From Eledone cirrhosa (Eukaryota), in contig OZ024745.1 of assembly GCA_964016885.1 (NCBI GenBank), positions 54,746,001 through 54,810,000 on the forward strand: DNA of 64,000 nucleotides. The letters are read 5' to 3'. The notes below the pieces were generated by a model, which had not been told where the DNA came from, did no database searches, and saw only the letters and a list, made by a program, of their open reading frames with translations. The position numbers and the translations under genes were made by a program. Position 1 is the first letter of the stretch, and each line of letters opens with the position of its first letter. Below are positions 42,079 through 56,665 of this stretch, one piece after another.

Positions 42079-43644
42079 ATCAGCGCAACATTTCTTTCTC
42101 ACTTTCCACTATATATTTGGCACTAACATTGTCTAACCAATTTACTGAATGAATGAATATGCTTTGTTAATTGGGTTGTTTCCAATTCATGTCGGGATTT
42201 GTTATCGGACATTACTTCGGTAACCGTTTGTTTTCTTGTCACATCTTATCCACATGGAAGCCACAATTTTAAATGAAAGAAATGACATTGTATCCAAATA
42301 AAATATCCGTGACATTCGTGTATAAAGTTGCCACCCACAGAGCCAGGGGTTGACAGTAAGGCGGATGACTTCTCATTATGTACCTCTCAGTATAGAATGC
42401 TTTCATAAAATTGAAATTTACGAAAGCACTCAAGAGGATTGTGCTAGTGGTAAACCAGTCAAGAGATTAGGTCTACTAACCGAATACATCTAGTACGAAG
42501 AAGAGAGTTAGAAATGAAATGGAAAAAAAAATGTTATTTACGGAAATATCTGCACAAAGATAAAACAATAACATTGGAAAAGTAATATATCAGTCATTGA
42601 CACTTCTCAAACAATCGAACACAGGCATAGACGCAGTCATATTAACTAGAACACACAATATCATTTCTCATCAGAAAAAAATGAACCAATATTACTGAGT
42701 AATGTGGTCATGAATGTGGTGCATTCATATAGAAAATACGTTATGAATGTAAAGTAATGCTAACTGGAAGATAATTTTATATAAAAAGAAAGAATTGGTC
42801 GTAGCAATTTACACAATCTTATTCAATCAGAAATTCTTTCATTCCTATGTCTATGACATGAATTAACTCTTGTTATTGTACATTATGTTTATTTTGTTTT
42901 TTTAGGGTTTTAAAGTGATGACTCAGCAGCAATTTTCGATTATAAGTCGAAGTAAACTAATTTAGATGTTGTTTTGTTATTTGATTTGCTTCTGATAAGC
43001 ATTCCTGGTCTTGTGCCCAAGCAAGAATTGAAAATAAAATGAAAGACTTGAGCAGCTTACAGTAACATTTTCGCATTTCAGTTTGAAAATTGTTCCTCTA
43101 CATGCGTATCCCACATCACAGAAGCAATCTGGCACAATCGCATTTCTATTCCTTGTGACTACTCTACAAAAATCAATATATAAACGAACATATATTACAA
43201 TCAATAAAAAACCCTAGGACAACTTCTGTGTCAAGCATAAATATAATACAGAAATGTCTAAGAGAAATACAAGAAATGAAGCGCGAAAATAATTAATTGT
43301 ACAGACAAAGAAAGTAGAAGAGAGAAATAACTACTTTATACTTAAACATATAAAATGGAAATTCAGATAAAAATCTGAATGACAGGAGAAAAATGAAATA
43401 TATAATTACATAAAATAAATAATATACAGGAATTGGCTATGTAGGTTTGGTCATATGAAAATAATTCACACACACACAGTCATACACACAAAAGCATTTC
43501 TATTTATATATAGCGGTGAATGTATCCACAAGTGTGTGTGTTGTGATTGTGTAAAGGAAAATGTTATAAATTTATAAAAATAGGACGCCGTCAGCTAAAC
43601 CAATATTGTTCCATTGTATATACACTCTTTCAAAAAGCACACAC

Positions 43645-43649
43645 AATAA

Positions 43650-43733
<84 letters not shown>

Positions 43734-43844
43734 TTCGCTTTCTCTCTCCCTGTATGTATATATGTATATATATGTATATACATATATATATTAATATATG
43801 TATATATATATATATAAATATATGTATATATATATAAATATATG

Positions 43845-43877
<33 letters not shown>

Positions 43878-43904
43878 TAATATATGTATATATATATATA
43901 TACA

Positions 43905-43954
<50 letters not shown>

Positions 43955-44011
43955 AATATACGTATATAAATATATGTATATATATATATAAATATATGTA
44001 TATATATATAA

Positions 44012-44056
<45 letters not shown>

Positions 44057-44126
44057 TATATATATATAAATATATCTATATATATAAATATATGTTTATA
44101 TATATATCAATATATGTATATATATG

Positions 44127-44171
<45 letters not shown>

Positions 44172-44275
44172 ATATATATATAAATATATGTATATATATA
44201 TAAATATATGTATATATATATCTATATATCTGTGTGTGTGTGTGTGTGTGTGTCTATATATATATATAGTAATGT
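43645..44275. repeat. (CT)n followed by a long degenerate (TA)n tract
   Basis: Direct inspection. Confidence 0.93.
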
Positions 44276-44665
44276 CTATATATATAGTAATTCATGCAGC
44301 AAGAAGCAAACAACATAGTAAACGAGATTTGCTACAGGTATTATCCTTAATTCAGCGAGCAGACACAGCTTGACAATATATCGACAATTGCGTTGCGTTT
44401 TCTAGCGGATATAGACAGCTTTTCTTTTGAAATATTTCCAAGATATTGAAAGGAGGGGGAAACAGTTAAAATATCACTTAGAATATTGGGCCAGGTTTTC
44501 CCATTAGTAGAATGGCCTTTGACTTTGTACTCTGCTAAAAGCTATCTCAGAAGCTGAATTAGTATCACAAACTCGAAGACAAAAAATATTGTAAAAACAA
44601 TGCAACGAAGGGGGAAAAAAAAAAGAATTATAGTTCATAAAACATATGCGTATATATACACACCC

Positions 44666-44717
<52 letters not shown>

Positions 44718-45648
44718 TACACACACACACACATATATATCTTTGTTGTTAATTGTATGTATATATATATGTATGCATATATATATTCATGTATATATAT
44801 TCATATATATATTTATACACACACACACATACACGCATACACACACATATATATTTACATATTGGAATGTATGTATAGTGCAGGCAGAGTGATATTAAAA
44901 TATTACATTGCACTCTTGGAAATACCTTTAATTTAAAGACATCGACCATCTGATCATATTAGATTTTTCTTTTGACAATGTAGACAACTAATTGAGATCA
45001 GTACTACAACAGAGAATAACCATAAAATAGTTGAATATAGTAGAGGGCATTATAATTTAACAGATAATATTCCAGGATACTCGTTGGTTTATTGTGAAAT
45101 GCCTTCTGGCATTTGGCAGTTGGTTGTTTTAGCATCCTGCTGTGGAAGGTTCTGAAGATTCACACTGTATTGTAATAAAGAACAGAAGGAGCTATTAATA
45201 ACATAGTCTCAGGTATGATATATTCGAAAGTGATGGGAGGGTCTTGGGTAAAAGAATTTTATCCAGACATTCCCGCTTGATGTAAGTGTAGTTTGATCAA
45301 TCTATAAACTCAGCAAATTGGCATGTCTATCAGTTCTAGAGATATGTTAATGTAATTTACTGGTCGAATCAGCGTGCACAGTTTCTATATTTTCAATTCC
45401 ACTCTCGAGGTTCCGCGGGACATTCGCTTATGGTGTAGATGAAAATGATAGACGCAAACATCTTCTAATGAAATGAAAATATATCCGAATGGCATTCAGA
45501 TGTTCTCGTATGTTGCGTACAGGGAAATAATTCAAATCGTTTATAATTCCTTATTTCCAGTTTGAAGTTCTCTTATTTACAGGCAGTAGTTATTTAAATG
45601 CGCATACACACACATAAGCGCAAAAACACACATACACAGACATGCACG

Positions 45649-46110
<462 letters not shown>

Positions 46111-46459
46111 TATATATATACAGTGGCGGACTGGGTCTAAAAATAATGGTTGCCAGGATATGAAGGGGCCCACCTACATATAGAATTCTATCATTTAATT
46201 TTTAAAACGAATAAATAACATTTTCGAAAAATACATAAACTTGGAAACAAAACAGTTCTATCTTGTTTTTGCAGAAATATATCTTACCTACTCCAATAAA
46301 AAATATGTATTTTGCGAAATCCAGAGACTTTCAATAATGATCAGAAGTCGACTCTCAATATCACTAATAGCTCTAGGAAAGCCATGAATGACACCACATC
46401 TTTTTAACTTTGATTTTGAAAGTAGGTTTATAATTATCAATTTTCATTGTACTTTTGTG

Positions 46460-46680
46460 GCTGTCTCGGTGGCGTAGCTGGAGGAATCATAGACGGTGGT
46501 GATGGTGGTTTGAAGTTCGATCCTGATCAGGAGTAGGGTTCTCGGCCAACCTTTTCAGTTTTTTTCTATTGGTTGTAAAATAAAAACTTAAAATGGTTAA
46601 ATGTATCTCTTGACCAGGAATGAACCCAAGGTCAGGATCTCCACGGTCTCTAGTACCTACCGCTAGGCCACAGAGACAAC
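46460..46680. other. Two convergent, mutually homologous tRNA-like segments (46460-46533 plus; 46607-46680 minus)
   Basis: gctgtctcggtggcgtagctgg...gttcgatcctgatcagg vs gttgtctctgtggcctagcgg...ggttcattcctggtcaag; A- and B-box-like motifs; GTG at the anticodon-like position. Confidence 0.55.
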
Positions 46681-46907
46681 TTCGAAATCTTATGAAAATT
46701 CATACTTATAAAACTACTTGCAAAATTTTCAAAACAAAGTGGTCTTGTATCGTTCATTCCTTTCTCAATGTTATTGCTCCTACTTTAGATCGACTTCTAA
46801 ATCCTTTGGGTGTTCCATAAACTACATCCTCGTTTTGTTTCATATCTTTCTAGATTATATTTTAACCTGTAATCCATGTTTAATTTCTGTGGGAACCTCA
46901 TTTCTCC

Positions 46908-46963
<56 letters not shown>

Positions 46964-47054
46964 CTCTGTGATATTTGAATCTACTATGATTTGGGCTTAC
47001 CTTATTCCTATATATATATTTTTGCATGTCAGATTCAAACTTAAAATGATTGGC

Positions 47055-47159
<105 letters not shown>

Positions 47160-47167
47160 TGAGAGAG

Positions 47168-47217
47168 AGTTTCAGAAGATCCCGTTAAGGTTGAAAGCCA
47201 CAATTTTTGCTTAAACT
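47168..47217 (+). ncRNA. Hammerhead-like motif with variant core CAGAAGA (family B fragment)
   Basis: agttt CAGAAGA tcccgttaaggtt GAAA gccacaatttttgc TT aaact. Confidence 0.55.
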
Positions 47218-47259
47218 TTAATCTGCTATTTTAATAAATAAATAAATATATACATATAT

Positions 47260-47295
<36 letters not shown>

Positions 47296-47428
47296 ATGTA
47301 TATATATCTCTCTCTCTATATATATATGTATATACATATATATATACACACCCTTGACCACTAATTGATTTGAAAGATGTCGTTAACCCATCGGTACCAA
47401 ACATTATTTGGTCAGTAGTTCCTATGTA

Positions 47429-47488
<60 letters not shown>

Positions 47489-47776
47489 GTTTGCATGCAT
47501 GAATGAATACACTAAGCTTTAGATTTAGTAGAATGTATAACCACAGATTCCGGCTATCAACTCTATGATATATTTTGGTTTCTAGTAATTCCCTGGGGAA
47601 TTGGTTGACCAATTGTTTTTTCTACTTTTTAAAGAAATTTATTCTTTCTCTTAGATTTCATGCATTTTTTGAAAGCAAAGCATTGGCCCCTAAAATACTA
47701 CAGTGGGCCCTGCAATGATACTGTGGGCTCTTGCAATGGCATTGAGCAACCTGGCAACCTGGCCAGTCCGCCACTG

Positions 47777-47808
<32 letters not shown>

Positions 47809-47814
47809 TTATTA

Positions 47815-48260
47815 GACTTTGGGACGGTGATGTTGCCAATAAAAAACACACGCACCAGTTGCTTTCACTCCAATTTATTATGAATTAAATTATAAATTTA
47901 AAAATTATAAATTTCCGGTGGTTGGCTGGTCCCACAAACAGACGGTTGTTCATATATTGTCAAAGTTCTTTCGTCACACATTCTGTGACCTCTTCAGTGA
48001 CTGGGGATTATTTTCTTTGTTTTGTGCCTCTCTTTTGCTCTGTCCTACGCCATCTTGTTTTTGACAATATATGAACAACCGTCCGGTTGTGCAACCAACC
48101 AACCAACCGGAAATTTATAAATTTTTAAATTTATAATAAATTGGAGTGAAAGCTACTGGTGCGTGTATTCCTTATTGGCAACATGCCCCTCCCAAAGTAT
48201 AACAATATCGGTTTCAACACACGTTTTCAGATAAAGAATCTTGCTAAATAAATTCAGAAA

Positions 48261-48262
<2 letters not shown>
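47815..48262. mobile_element. Inverted pair of Penelope-like 3' terminal (pseudo-LTR) segments
   Basis: 47815-47963 and ~48060-48198 are inverted repeats; both are homologous to the 3' end of the PLE at 58976-59290. Confidence 0.88.
47959..48001 (-). ncRNA. Type I minimal hammerhead ribozyme (PLE-associated)
   Basis: Minus strand: gtca CTGAAGA g-gtcaca-gaatg-tgtgac GAAA gaac TT tgac. Confidence 0.82.
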
Positions 48263-48303
<41 letters not shown>

Positions 48304-48462
48304 CTCTGTTCACATCACATGAAATTGAACACCCCTTTTAAATATATTCACAATAATTCACAATAGTATAGGATCTCTACTTTTTCTCCTCTCTCTTTTT
48401 TTATCTAAATCTACATCGTCAGAGCCACGGAACATTGTCTTCAATTCTCTTCCGTCTTCGTT

Positions 48463-48923
48463 ACCTATGGTCATGAATCTTGGGTAATGAACGAAAGAAT
48501 ATGATTGCGAATGCAAGCGGCCGAAATGGGGTTCATCTGGAGTGCGTTTGGAGTAACGTTACTCGATAAAGTACGTAACTCGGAGGTCAGAAACCCTCTC
48601 AGGGGCGAACCGCTACTTCTCCGAATTGAGAGATCACAGCTCCGATACTATGGACATGTGGTTAGAATGTCTGAGGAAAGAATCGCTGGAAAGATTTGGG
48701 CAAAACCAACAGGTAGGAGACCCAGAGCTAGACACCGAGCCAGATGGTTGGATATAATTCATGAATCTGCTGGTCACGCCTGGGGATCCAACCGGATCTG
48801 TTGGGGACGGTTGCTTCTGACAGGACCCGTTGGGGTGAGGGTTTAAGGACTCGGCCTCCATGACCCTCTCATGAATAAGTGGGCGAAGAAGAAGAAGAAG
48901 AAGAAGAAGAAGAAGAAGAAGAA
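48463..48923 (+). mobile_element. 3' fragment of an Expander/Rex3-like RTE LINE with (GAA)n tail
   Basis: TYGHESWVM...RMQAAEMGF...EPLLLRIERSQLRYYGHVVRM...PTGRRPRARHRARW. Confidence 0.9.
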
Positions 48924-48924
48924 T

Positions 48925-49530
48925 AGAATCCAATCAAACATGAGCAAAGACTGGACGAACTGTAAAATATACTTATTCAAAGAGACATCCCACTTGCCAA
49001 AATTACCAATGGAATGGAAAGGCTAAAATATACAGATATTCAAGAGCTATGGAAAAAAAAAAATACAAATCAGGGGAAATATTTTTCCATATTTCAGCTT
49101 TATACTACATACATGTCAAAATGTTTAACTACCTACGCAAAAACCAACTTATTCTATATGAAGATGGGAACATTAAAAAAAATATTGAAGCACACTAAAT
49201 CACCAAACGTAGAAGACTGCCCAACACACTAAATCTCAAACTCCATTGTTAAACAATGTGGAATAAAAAGTGTGTTACATAATTATACCCTATCAAATTT
49301 AAGAATGGAAAAACCTTCAGAGTAAAAACAAATTTCACCGGCAACTCGGAAACACTAAAAATGACCATACACCGCCAATTAATACGTGATGAAAGCATAA
49401 GACAAATCCCAGTAAGTAGTCACATTGCAATATGTACCCAACCTCACAATGTTCCACTCTCCATACGATCAGGCTCTTTCCCCCAATAAAAGAGAAGAAA
49501 TGTAGAAAAACAATTCATTAACGAATAAAA
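48925..49530 (+). mobile_element. Highly decayed Penelope-like fragment (thumb/linker/EN region)
   Basis: Remnants EQRLDEL*NILIQRD, VKQCG, IKFKNGKTFRVKTNFTGNSE, HRQLIRDESIRQIPVSSHI; multiple frameshifts. Confidence 0.55.
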
Positions 49531-51954
49531 ATAATCGCAATTCAATTTATAATTGTCCCCCATTAGAGAAAGATAACGATCTATAAATAGGACCAACTGA
49601 TTTACAAACACCAGTAAGCAAACCTATGCATGTGCAACCACAGACACAGACATACACACACACATTCACACACACAAAAACACATATAAACACGCTCATA
49701 CACACACCTCAAGATAAAATGAAAATTCATCACTCCAAAGATGAATTTTCCTGATCAGAAATTTGCACCAAAATCTTTTTTTAGTAATATTTATCTATTA
49801 AATCTTACAGAAATCTCGCCAAAGGATCTCTTTCAATCATGTTCAATCTATATTTGTAATTTTCTTTATTTCTCTTCATTCTTTTATTCTTGGTTTCATC
49901 TGCAACACCAAAAAATGAACTTGAACTCCTGACATAATGGTGCCTCACCTAAACCTCCCTCCCCCACACACATATATATAACCCCACCCCCCACACACAT
50001 TACGAGATAAAAGAAAAATCACAACCTTCGTAAAACATAACCACAACAAAAAAGATTTCTTCATGATTGAAAAACTTTTCCTTAAAAACTTTTTATCATA
50101 TGTATTTATACATTTCACTTTGAATTTTCAATAGAACTTCCAACCGTCTTTATATCTAATTTTATCTATGTTTATATATTTGTATTTATTCTTTTGTTCT
50201 TGTTTTTATCTACAGATTCTAAAAATAAACTTTAACTCTTGACACAACGGAACCTCACTTAATCCCCCCCCCCCCACACACACACACACATATCCAGATA
50301 CACACAGGTGCACTACAGAACAACAAAATACCATATGGGCCTTAACTGTAAATAGAAAAAACATCTTTCTATCTAAACCAATAATATTTTCTAGTAAATC
50401 AAAGGAAACATGTCCCGTTGAACCCCTAATTTCACACTCATCATTCTGCCATTCACAAAGAATATATATATAGAGAGATTTTGAGAAAATATTCACATAT
50501 GCTCTAACCGCCCCCAGATTAAGAGCATAGGTATTTTCAATATGTGATAAATGAGACAGACCAACCGAAACCGATAATATTCGATAAAACTTAAATTCAT
50601 TTAATGTAGCAAATATCAATTATTCTGTGGGATTAAGAAAAAGAAGCTTTAAACATATTCTGTGCAACCACTTTTAACTCCCCACCCACAGAAATATATA
50701 TACGCATAAGTTTATCGAATAACGGAAAATTGCACATAATGGCAGAATTATAGATGTCAAAGTCACAAAAATGGCTACAGGCGCTATCGAAGAAAATGTA
50801 ATTGAGAGGCAACAGATCATCTAGTCACCAGTTATGACAAATGTAATGACTCAGGGATACAATAATATCTTATATAATCGACAATTTGCTAGACTTGTTA
50901 AAGAGTCGATAGAATAGCTTGCACTACTATTTTCGGCGTTCTCCTCTCTCGTTCCAATCGCAGTGAAGCTAACTTTCGTACTTAAGCCGATTTCGTACTT
51001 TTTTACTCAGAATTGGCTATGACTAACAAGATAATTACAAAAAAAAAAAAAAAAAAAAAAAAAAAGACTCGAAATAACGCAACGGGAAATCACCTTCATT
51101 CTCTCACAGGAAACTTCAGCTACACGTATAGAGTGATTATTATTGATGTCACGAAAAGAACTCCATCATTCACCAGAGTGAAGTATTATGTATTCATTGT
51201 TTTATGTGCGTGGGTCAATGTTTTGCAGTGATACTGTTAAAATAAAGGAATGACATAAATAAGTTTATTAAAAATATTCTGTATGAATTAACAAAGAATG
51301 TTGCATTACATTGCAATAGAAAAGACTCAATAATCACTTATATTATTTAAAGAATGAAAACAGCTTGTAATGTGAGCTATTGACAATTAGAGGAAAGCCG
51401 AATTGTTTGAAATGATAGCGGACTAAATTAATCTAGTAGAGTGATACATTGATATAGTGAGTAGATGGATTAAGTATACGCCTAACTTAATAGCATTTAA
51501 TTATAAAATGTACACTGAAACTATAGAAGCCATCGAAAAATGTATTTTGTTTAAATCCTGCACTAAGCTCAAGAATATTCTATGAAATGTCTGAACATTT
51601 TGCTACATTACTCTGTGTTATGTGATAACCTGCAATAAACCAGGACACTCCAACGTGACATGGAACTAACAAAACATAAAATTATAACAACAATAAGCGC
51701 AACAACATCAGCAACAATAAAAAATTCAAAAAAGACAGAAACTACCACTATCAATATTACCAAAGACAAAAGTATCAAAATAAAATAAAATAATTATTAC
51801 AATAAAGAAAATAGAAGCAAAATTAAAAAAAATATATATTTTTTCCGTAGCAACATCATCTCAATAAACATTTTATTAAAAAAAAAATCAAAATTCATGC
51901 AACTCCAACAGCAGCAACATGATCCTAATTACTACCACTAACCCCACACCTGCT

Positions 51955-52024
51955 AATATCAACATCATCATCATCAGCATCGTCATCGTCATCATCACTA
52001 GCAGCAGCATCATCATCGTCATCG

Positions 52025-52075
<51 letters not shown>

Positions 52076-52301
52076 CCACCAACATCATCATCACCATCAT
52101 CATCATCATCAATATCACATTGACATAACCAACAAAATATTCGATGATAAAATCACGTTCCATAAAAGGAACATTAACTTTAAAAAAAAAATTTAAACGT
52201 TTAGCATGTACATTATTGTCCTCGACATCATCAACATGATCATGCTGCTCCACCACATCCTTATTCTCGTTTTCTTCATCGTTATCATCATCAACGTCAC
52301 C

Positions 52302-52366
<65 letters not shown>

Positions 52367-52400
52367 TATTATTATCATCTTCATCATTATCATCGTCACT
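51955..52400. repeat. Two (CAT)n microsatellite tracts
   Basis: Direct inspection; source of the poly-M/poly-I ORFs. Confidence 0.95.
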
Positions 52401-54175
52401 GTCCCCCTTCTCCTCCCCCTTCTCCTCCCCGCCTACTCCTCCTCATCATCATCAACCATATTCTCATCTTCGACCTCTACGTCATTATTATCAGTACCAT
52501 CATGATCATGATTACCACAAATCATCTACCCCCCTCATGCTTCTCATTCACTTCTTCCCATTACAATGAAGGGCAATAATAAAGATAAAACAAAAGTACA
52601 AACAAAAACAATGAAGAAGGCCAAATACTTGTACATTATGCATTAATATTCAATTTAATCCATTTCGACATCAAACTTTCAAGTCAGTGGCTATAAAGGA
52701 AAACATCAAGAAGAACAATAAAATATTTTCTTTTCCTTCATTCCTGTCTTTCTTCCTTCCTTTTTATCCCTCTCTCTCTCTCTTTCTGTATCACACTGAT
52801 TTCTATATATACATATTTAGATTTTTATTATTTTTATAAAAAATCATAAAGAAATGTCTTTCGCTTTTTCAATTTCCAAATCTGAAATATCAGCGGTCTA
52901 CAATTAACTTGACGTAATCATGCCATGCTGCTTAACTTATTCACTCTGCCACACACCAACACCTCGGTATAGCGCTTACACAGACACATACATGCTCATA
53001 GCCAGGCAAACAAACGTCACCCACATTCACCTACATCCCCGGTTTAAAATCACCGCATCTCACGCAGCAACAGTCCATCCACTTTAAGCATATCACACAA
53101 AACCTATCAGAGAGTGCACACTGGTTCTTCATTCTCTTTTTTTAATTTTATAATACTGTTTACAATAATTTTAATACATCCATCCATCCATTCCTACATG
53201 CAATCATACATACATACATACATACGTACATACGTACATATATACATACATACGTACAAATATATATATATACACATTATGCCCTGACCTAGTCCAACGA
53301 TATTTGAAAAATTGTAGAAGCACTGATCATAAAGAGATCGTTGTTGTTGTTGTCGATATTACTATTATTTTTATAACTATTTCTATTATTATCATCATTA
53401 ATTTTATTAATGCAATTTGCAGAATTTTGACGAATTTCTTCGAAGTAAGGTCACAATCAATATTTGCATTTTTGTAATTCAGATGTTAATTGTGATCACC
53501 CAAAGAGGATAACGGATTTATTTTATGATTTAGAGGGAAGCATATCACTTTTTATATATCATTTTAAGTGTTTTTGCCTAGGCTATGAGACTCCAGCTTT
53601 GTAGGAATATAAAATTATTAACACTGGGTAACACATATGCACTCACCTAATACACATGCGCACATTACAAACGCTGACACACATACACACAAAGTCGCAC
53701 ACACACCGACAGTGTCGGAAGATGTACTTGGAGATATTTATAGCCTCCGACACATTCTATGAATGCAAATTATTTGTATAGTGTTGTAAAACAGCATCAC
53801 ATACATTTCCACACACACGCACATACACATTTATACAGGTGCCACTATGCAGTAACATAAACGTTTCTACACACACAAAAGTACACGAATAGAATGGTGT
53901 AGATATTATTTCCCAAATGACAGCAATTCAGGTTTTCATAGAATGCATTTCTATTTGGATGTTAAAATGGCCCTATCAGTATACGTTTGTTTGACTATTT
54001 CTCCAGATAGTGTAGCGCAATCAGAAACCAGCATATTAAAATATGTATTTTGGATTACTCTTATCACTTTCTGGGGATTGCGTTTTGTCAGAATGATATC
54101 TTGCCTCAACACAAATCTGAATAACTATTAGATTTAATATATAATTATGTATGCTGCATCATTTATATATATATG

Positions 54176-54220
<45 letters not shown>

Positions 54221-54221
54221 C

Positions 54222-55865
54222 GGCGATGAATTAGTTTTGCGAGGTTTATTATATGAAATCTTGTGTCGAAATAAATGTTGTTATACTTGGGGAGGGTCAT
54301 ATTTGTGTAATATTGCCAGAATTAATAACAGAACACACTCACTGTTTGGTTGGTTTTCGCTTCTCGCTTCTCGCTTCTCGCTTCTGTGTCTTTTATATCG
54401 GTAATCTAACTTACTCTGTCCTCAGTGTTGCCATTGACTGACCGACGGTCAAAAATAATACAGATACAATATAGACACAAACACATATATATAGTTTATC
54501 ATAAATCTTTCGTTGCACATCTGCAACATCGTCAGTGGTGCTATCTTTTCCTGCTGTTGTATTGTATGTCTACGCCATTTTTATTCTGTCTGTCTATATA
54601 TTTATTTATTTATTTGCTTGTTTGTTTATTTTATTTTGTCTTCTTTGCGCATGCATTTTCGTGTGTGAATAGTGTTTTGTTTGCTGTGTGATGGGTGACT
54701 AGTGCGTGTTTATGTGCTTGTTGTTATTGTGCTTGTGTATGTATGTATTTATTTATTTATTTTATTTTATTTACTTATTTATACTTCTCTTAGGTCAGTG
54801 TTGTTTGTTTGGGTGTCGTTGTTATTCCATTCATTCTTTCTGTTTAGTCTTGGTCTTCTAATTTCTATTTCACTGGCCTCTCTGATTTGCCTATCTGCTG
54901 GGTCATTTCTATGTTTAGATATTATTCTAATTTCTTTGTTGTCTATGTTACCGTCATGTTGTTGTCTAGCATGTTCGTATAGTACTGACCCGTTTTTCGT
55001 CCTTTTAGTTCCCCCCAGTGTTGGTCTATCCTTTCACCTATGCTACGAGCTGTCTCACCTATGTATGTTGTTGTCATGTTTCTGCAAGTACCCTCTGTAC
55101 ATCTTATGCTATAGACTACGTTTCTAGTTTTACAGTTTATCCGGGGGTTTACCTTACATATGATACACTATCCTATTGGTGCAGTGGGTTTTCTTAAAAG
55201 GATAGGTTTTGCTGATCAGGGATTTTATGGTGGTTCCTGGCTTTTCTACCACCTTAATTTTTAAGTGGGTCTTTCTCAGGGCCTTTCTACACTGGTTAGC
55301 TAATTTCCCTCCAGGGGTAGCGTTCACAAACATGACACTCTGGTATCTCTGGTTGTCGTACCATGAGGTGGCTTTCCCTATCTTATGTCTAGCCCTATTC
55401 CATTATTTGCTCCTGTATAATGGGCAAATTCCTTTCATGTTCAGTTCTATGAGGGTCTTATACTTCTCCATGGCTCCTTCGTATACTCTGACTCTGTCTC
55501 TTTGGTTGTAGCCAGAGAACTGCATGCGGTTGATGAAATGTTGGATGTGTCTTTCCATTTCTGTTGGGTCGCACATGCGGGACACATTCTTCATAACTCG
55601 TACCAAATCTGCGATCAGAATATTAAACTTAGCACTACTGGACATTGCTGAGTATTTGAGTATCAGGTATTTGGAGGCCATGGGTTTAGTATAGTGTGAG
55701 TGGAGAATTTGGGCTCTCTCGTCTATAGTGTTAATCCAGAGTTCTGTGTCTAATACAGGTAGTCTATTGTTAGGGTGTCTGGAAGGGAAGTCGATAGTTA
55801 CAGTTATACTCTGATGTATGGAATTAGCTATCTGCTGGATGCTTTCCATTGTGCTACGTTCTAAA
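54222..55865 (-). mobile_element. 5'-truncated Penelope-like element: RT C-terminus, linker, C-terminal GIY-YIG endonuclease, 3' region with HHR
   Basis: LPVLDTELW...HYTKPMAS...RMQFSGY (55403-55849); YIGETARSIGERIDQH (YIG 55057-55065); RQIREA...LNRKNEW. Confidence 0.9.
54498..54539 (-). ncRNA. Type I minimal hammerhead ribozyme in the PLE 3' region
   Basis: Minus strand: acca CTGACGA t-gttgca-gatg-tgcaac GAAA gatt TA tgat; one mismatch in stem I. Confidence 0.72.
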
Positions 55866-56510
55866 TCAAACTTGTTAGTGCTTAGAGAGCACTAACAAGT
55901 TGTATTATTTTATATGAGACATAATTAAATACATCCCTCTTTCCAAACGATCGTTTCATTATAAGTTTTCTACAAGTTGGGAAAATAATGTCCAGGTTAT
56001 GTAGAACCCTACACATAGTCTATTAGAATATAAGCAGGTGGGCACTTATAAATCATCAGTGAATGCCCAATATCGATATAAAAAAAACCCTACCGATATT
56101 AACTTTCAGCCGTCAGTGTTAGAGTGACCGCCAAATTTGAAATTCCAGCAGTCTCACAAAGAGAATCTCACACCGTCACCAAGCGGGAAGGGGAGGTCAT
56201 CGCAAAACATAAAAGGATAAAATAATATGCACGCAGGTCAATTAATTCTGTCAAGAATTTTAACCATGCGTGCAGAACTCAATTGGATATAAAAAAATAA
56301 ATATATGCATGTATTATTTATACATGCATATAGGTATTTTCTCAGGCTAAAAACAGAGACAAGATACCGAAAAACAATCAATATTTCATACGAAGAATAA
56401 ATAAAGAAAGTCATACCTAAAAAATCTCTCTCTCTCTATATATATATACAAACAAATGCATAATTGCAAACAAATTGTATATTCTTATTAGTATTCGAAA
56501 AACTCAGATT

Positions 56511-56599
<89 letters not shown>

Positions 56600-56601
<2 letters not shown>

Positions 56602-56665
56602 AGACAGATTAAAGTTCACGCAAAGAATTGCTGCTTTCACCCTTTTCCAGCATCTTCCCGAACAA
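56600..56665 (-). repeat. Degenerate 3' fragment of family B (HHR core decayed)
   Basis: Minus strand ggaagatgctggaaaagggt GAAA gcagcaattctttgc gt gaactttaatctgt matches the family B 3' end. Confidence 0.6.

Noticed and set aside
54222-55865. Possible N-terminal-endonuclease PLE clade or selenocysteine recoding of in-frame stops
   Set aside because: The GIY-YIG domain is C-terminal here, and the disruptions include TAA stops and frameshifts, consistent with ordinary decay
56228-56274. Imperfect hairpin tgcacgca...tgcgtgca as a pre-miRNA
   Set aside because: Short stem with bulges and a 4-nt loop; no recognisable miRNA seed
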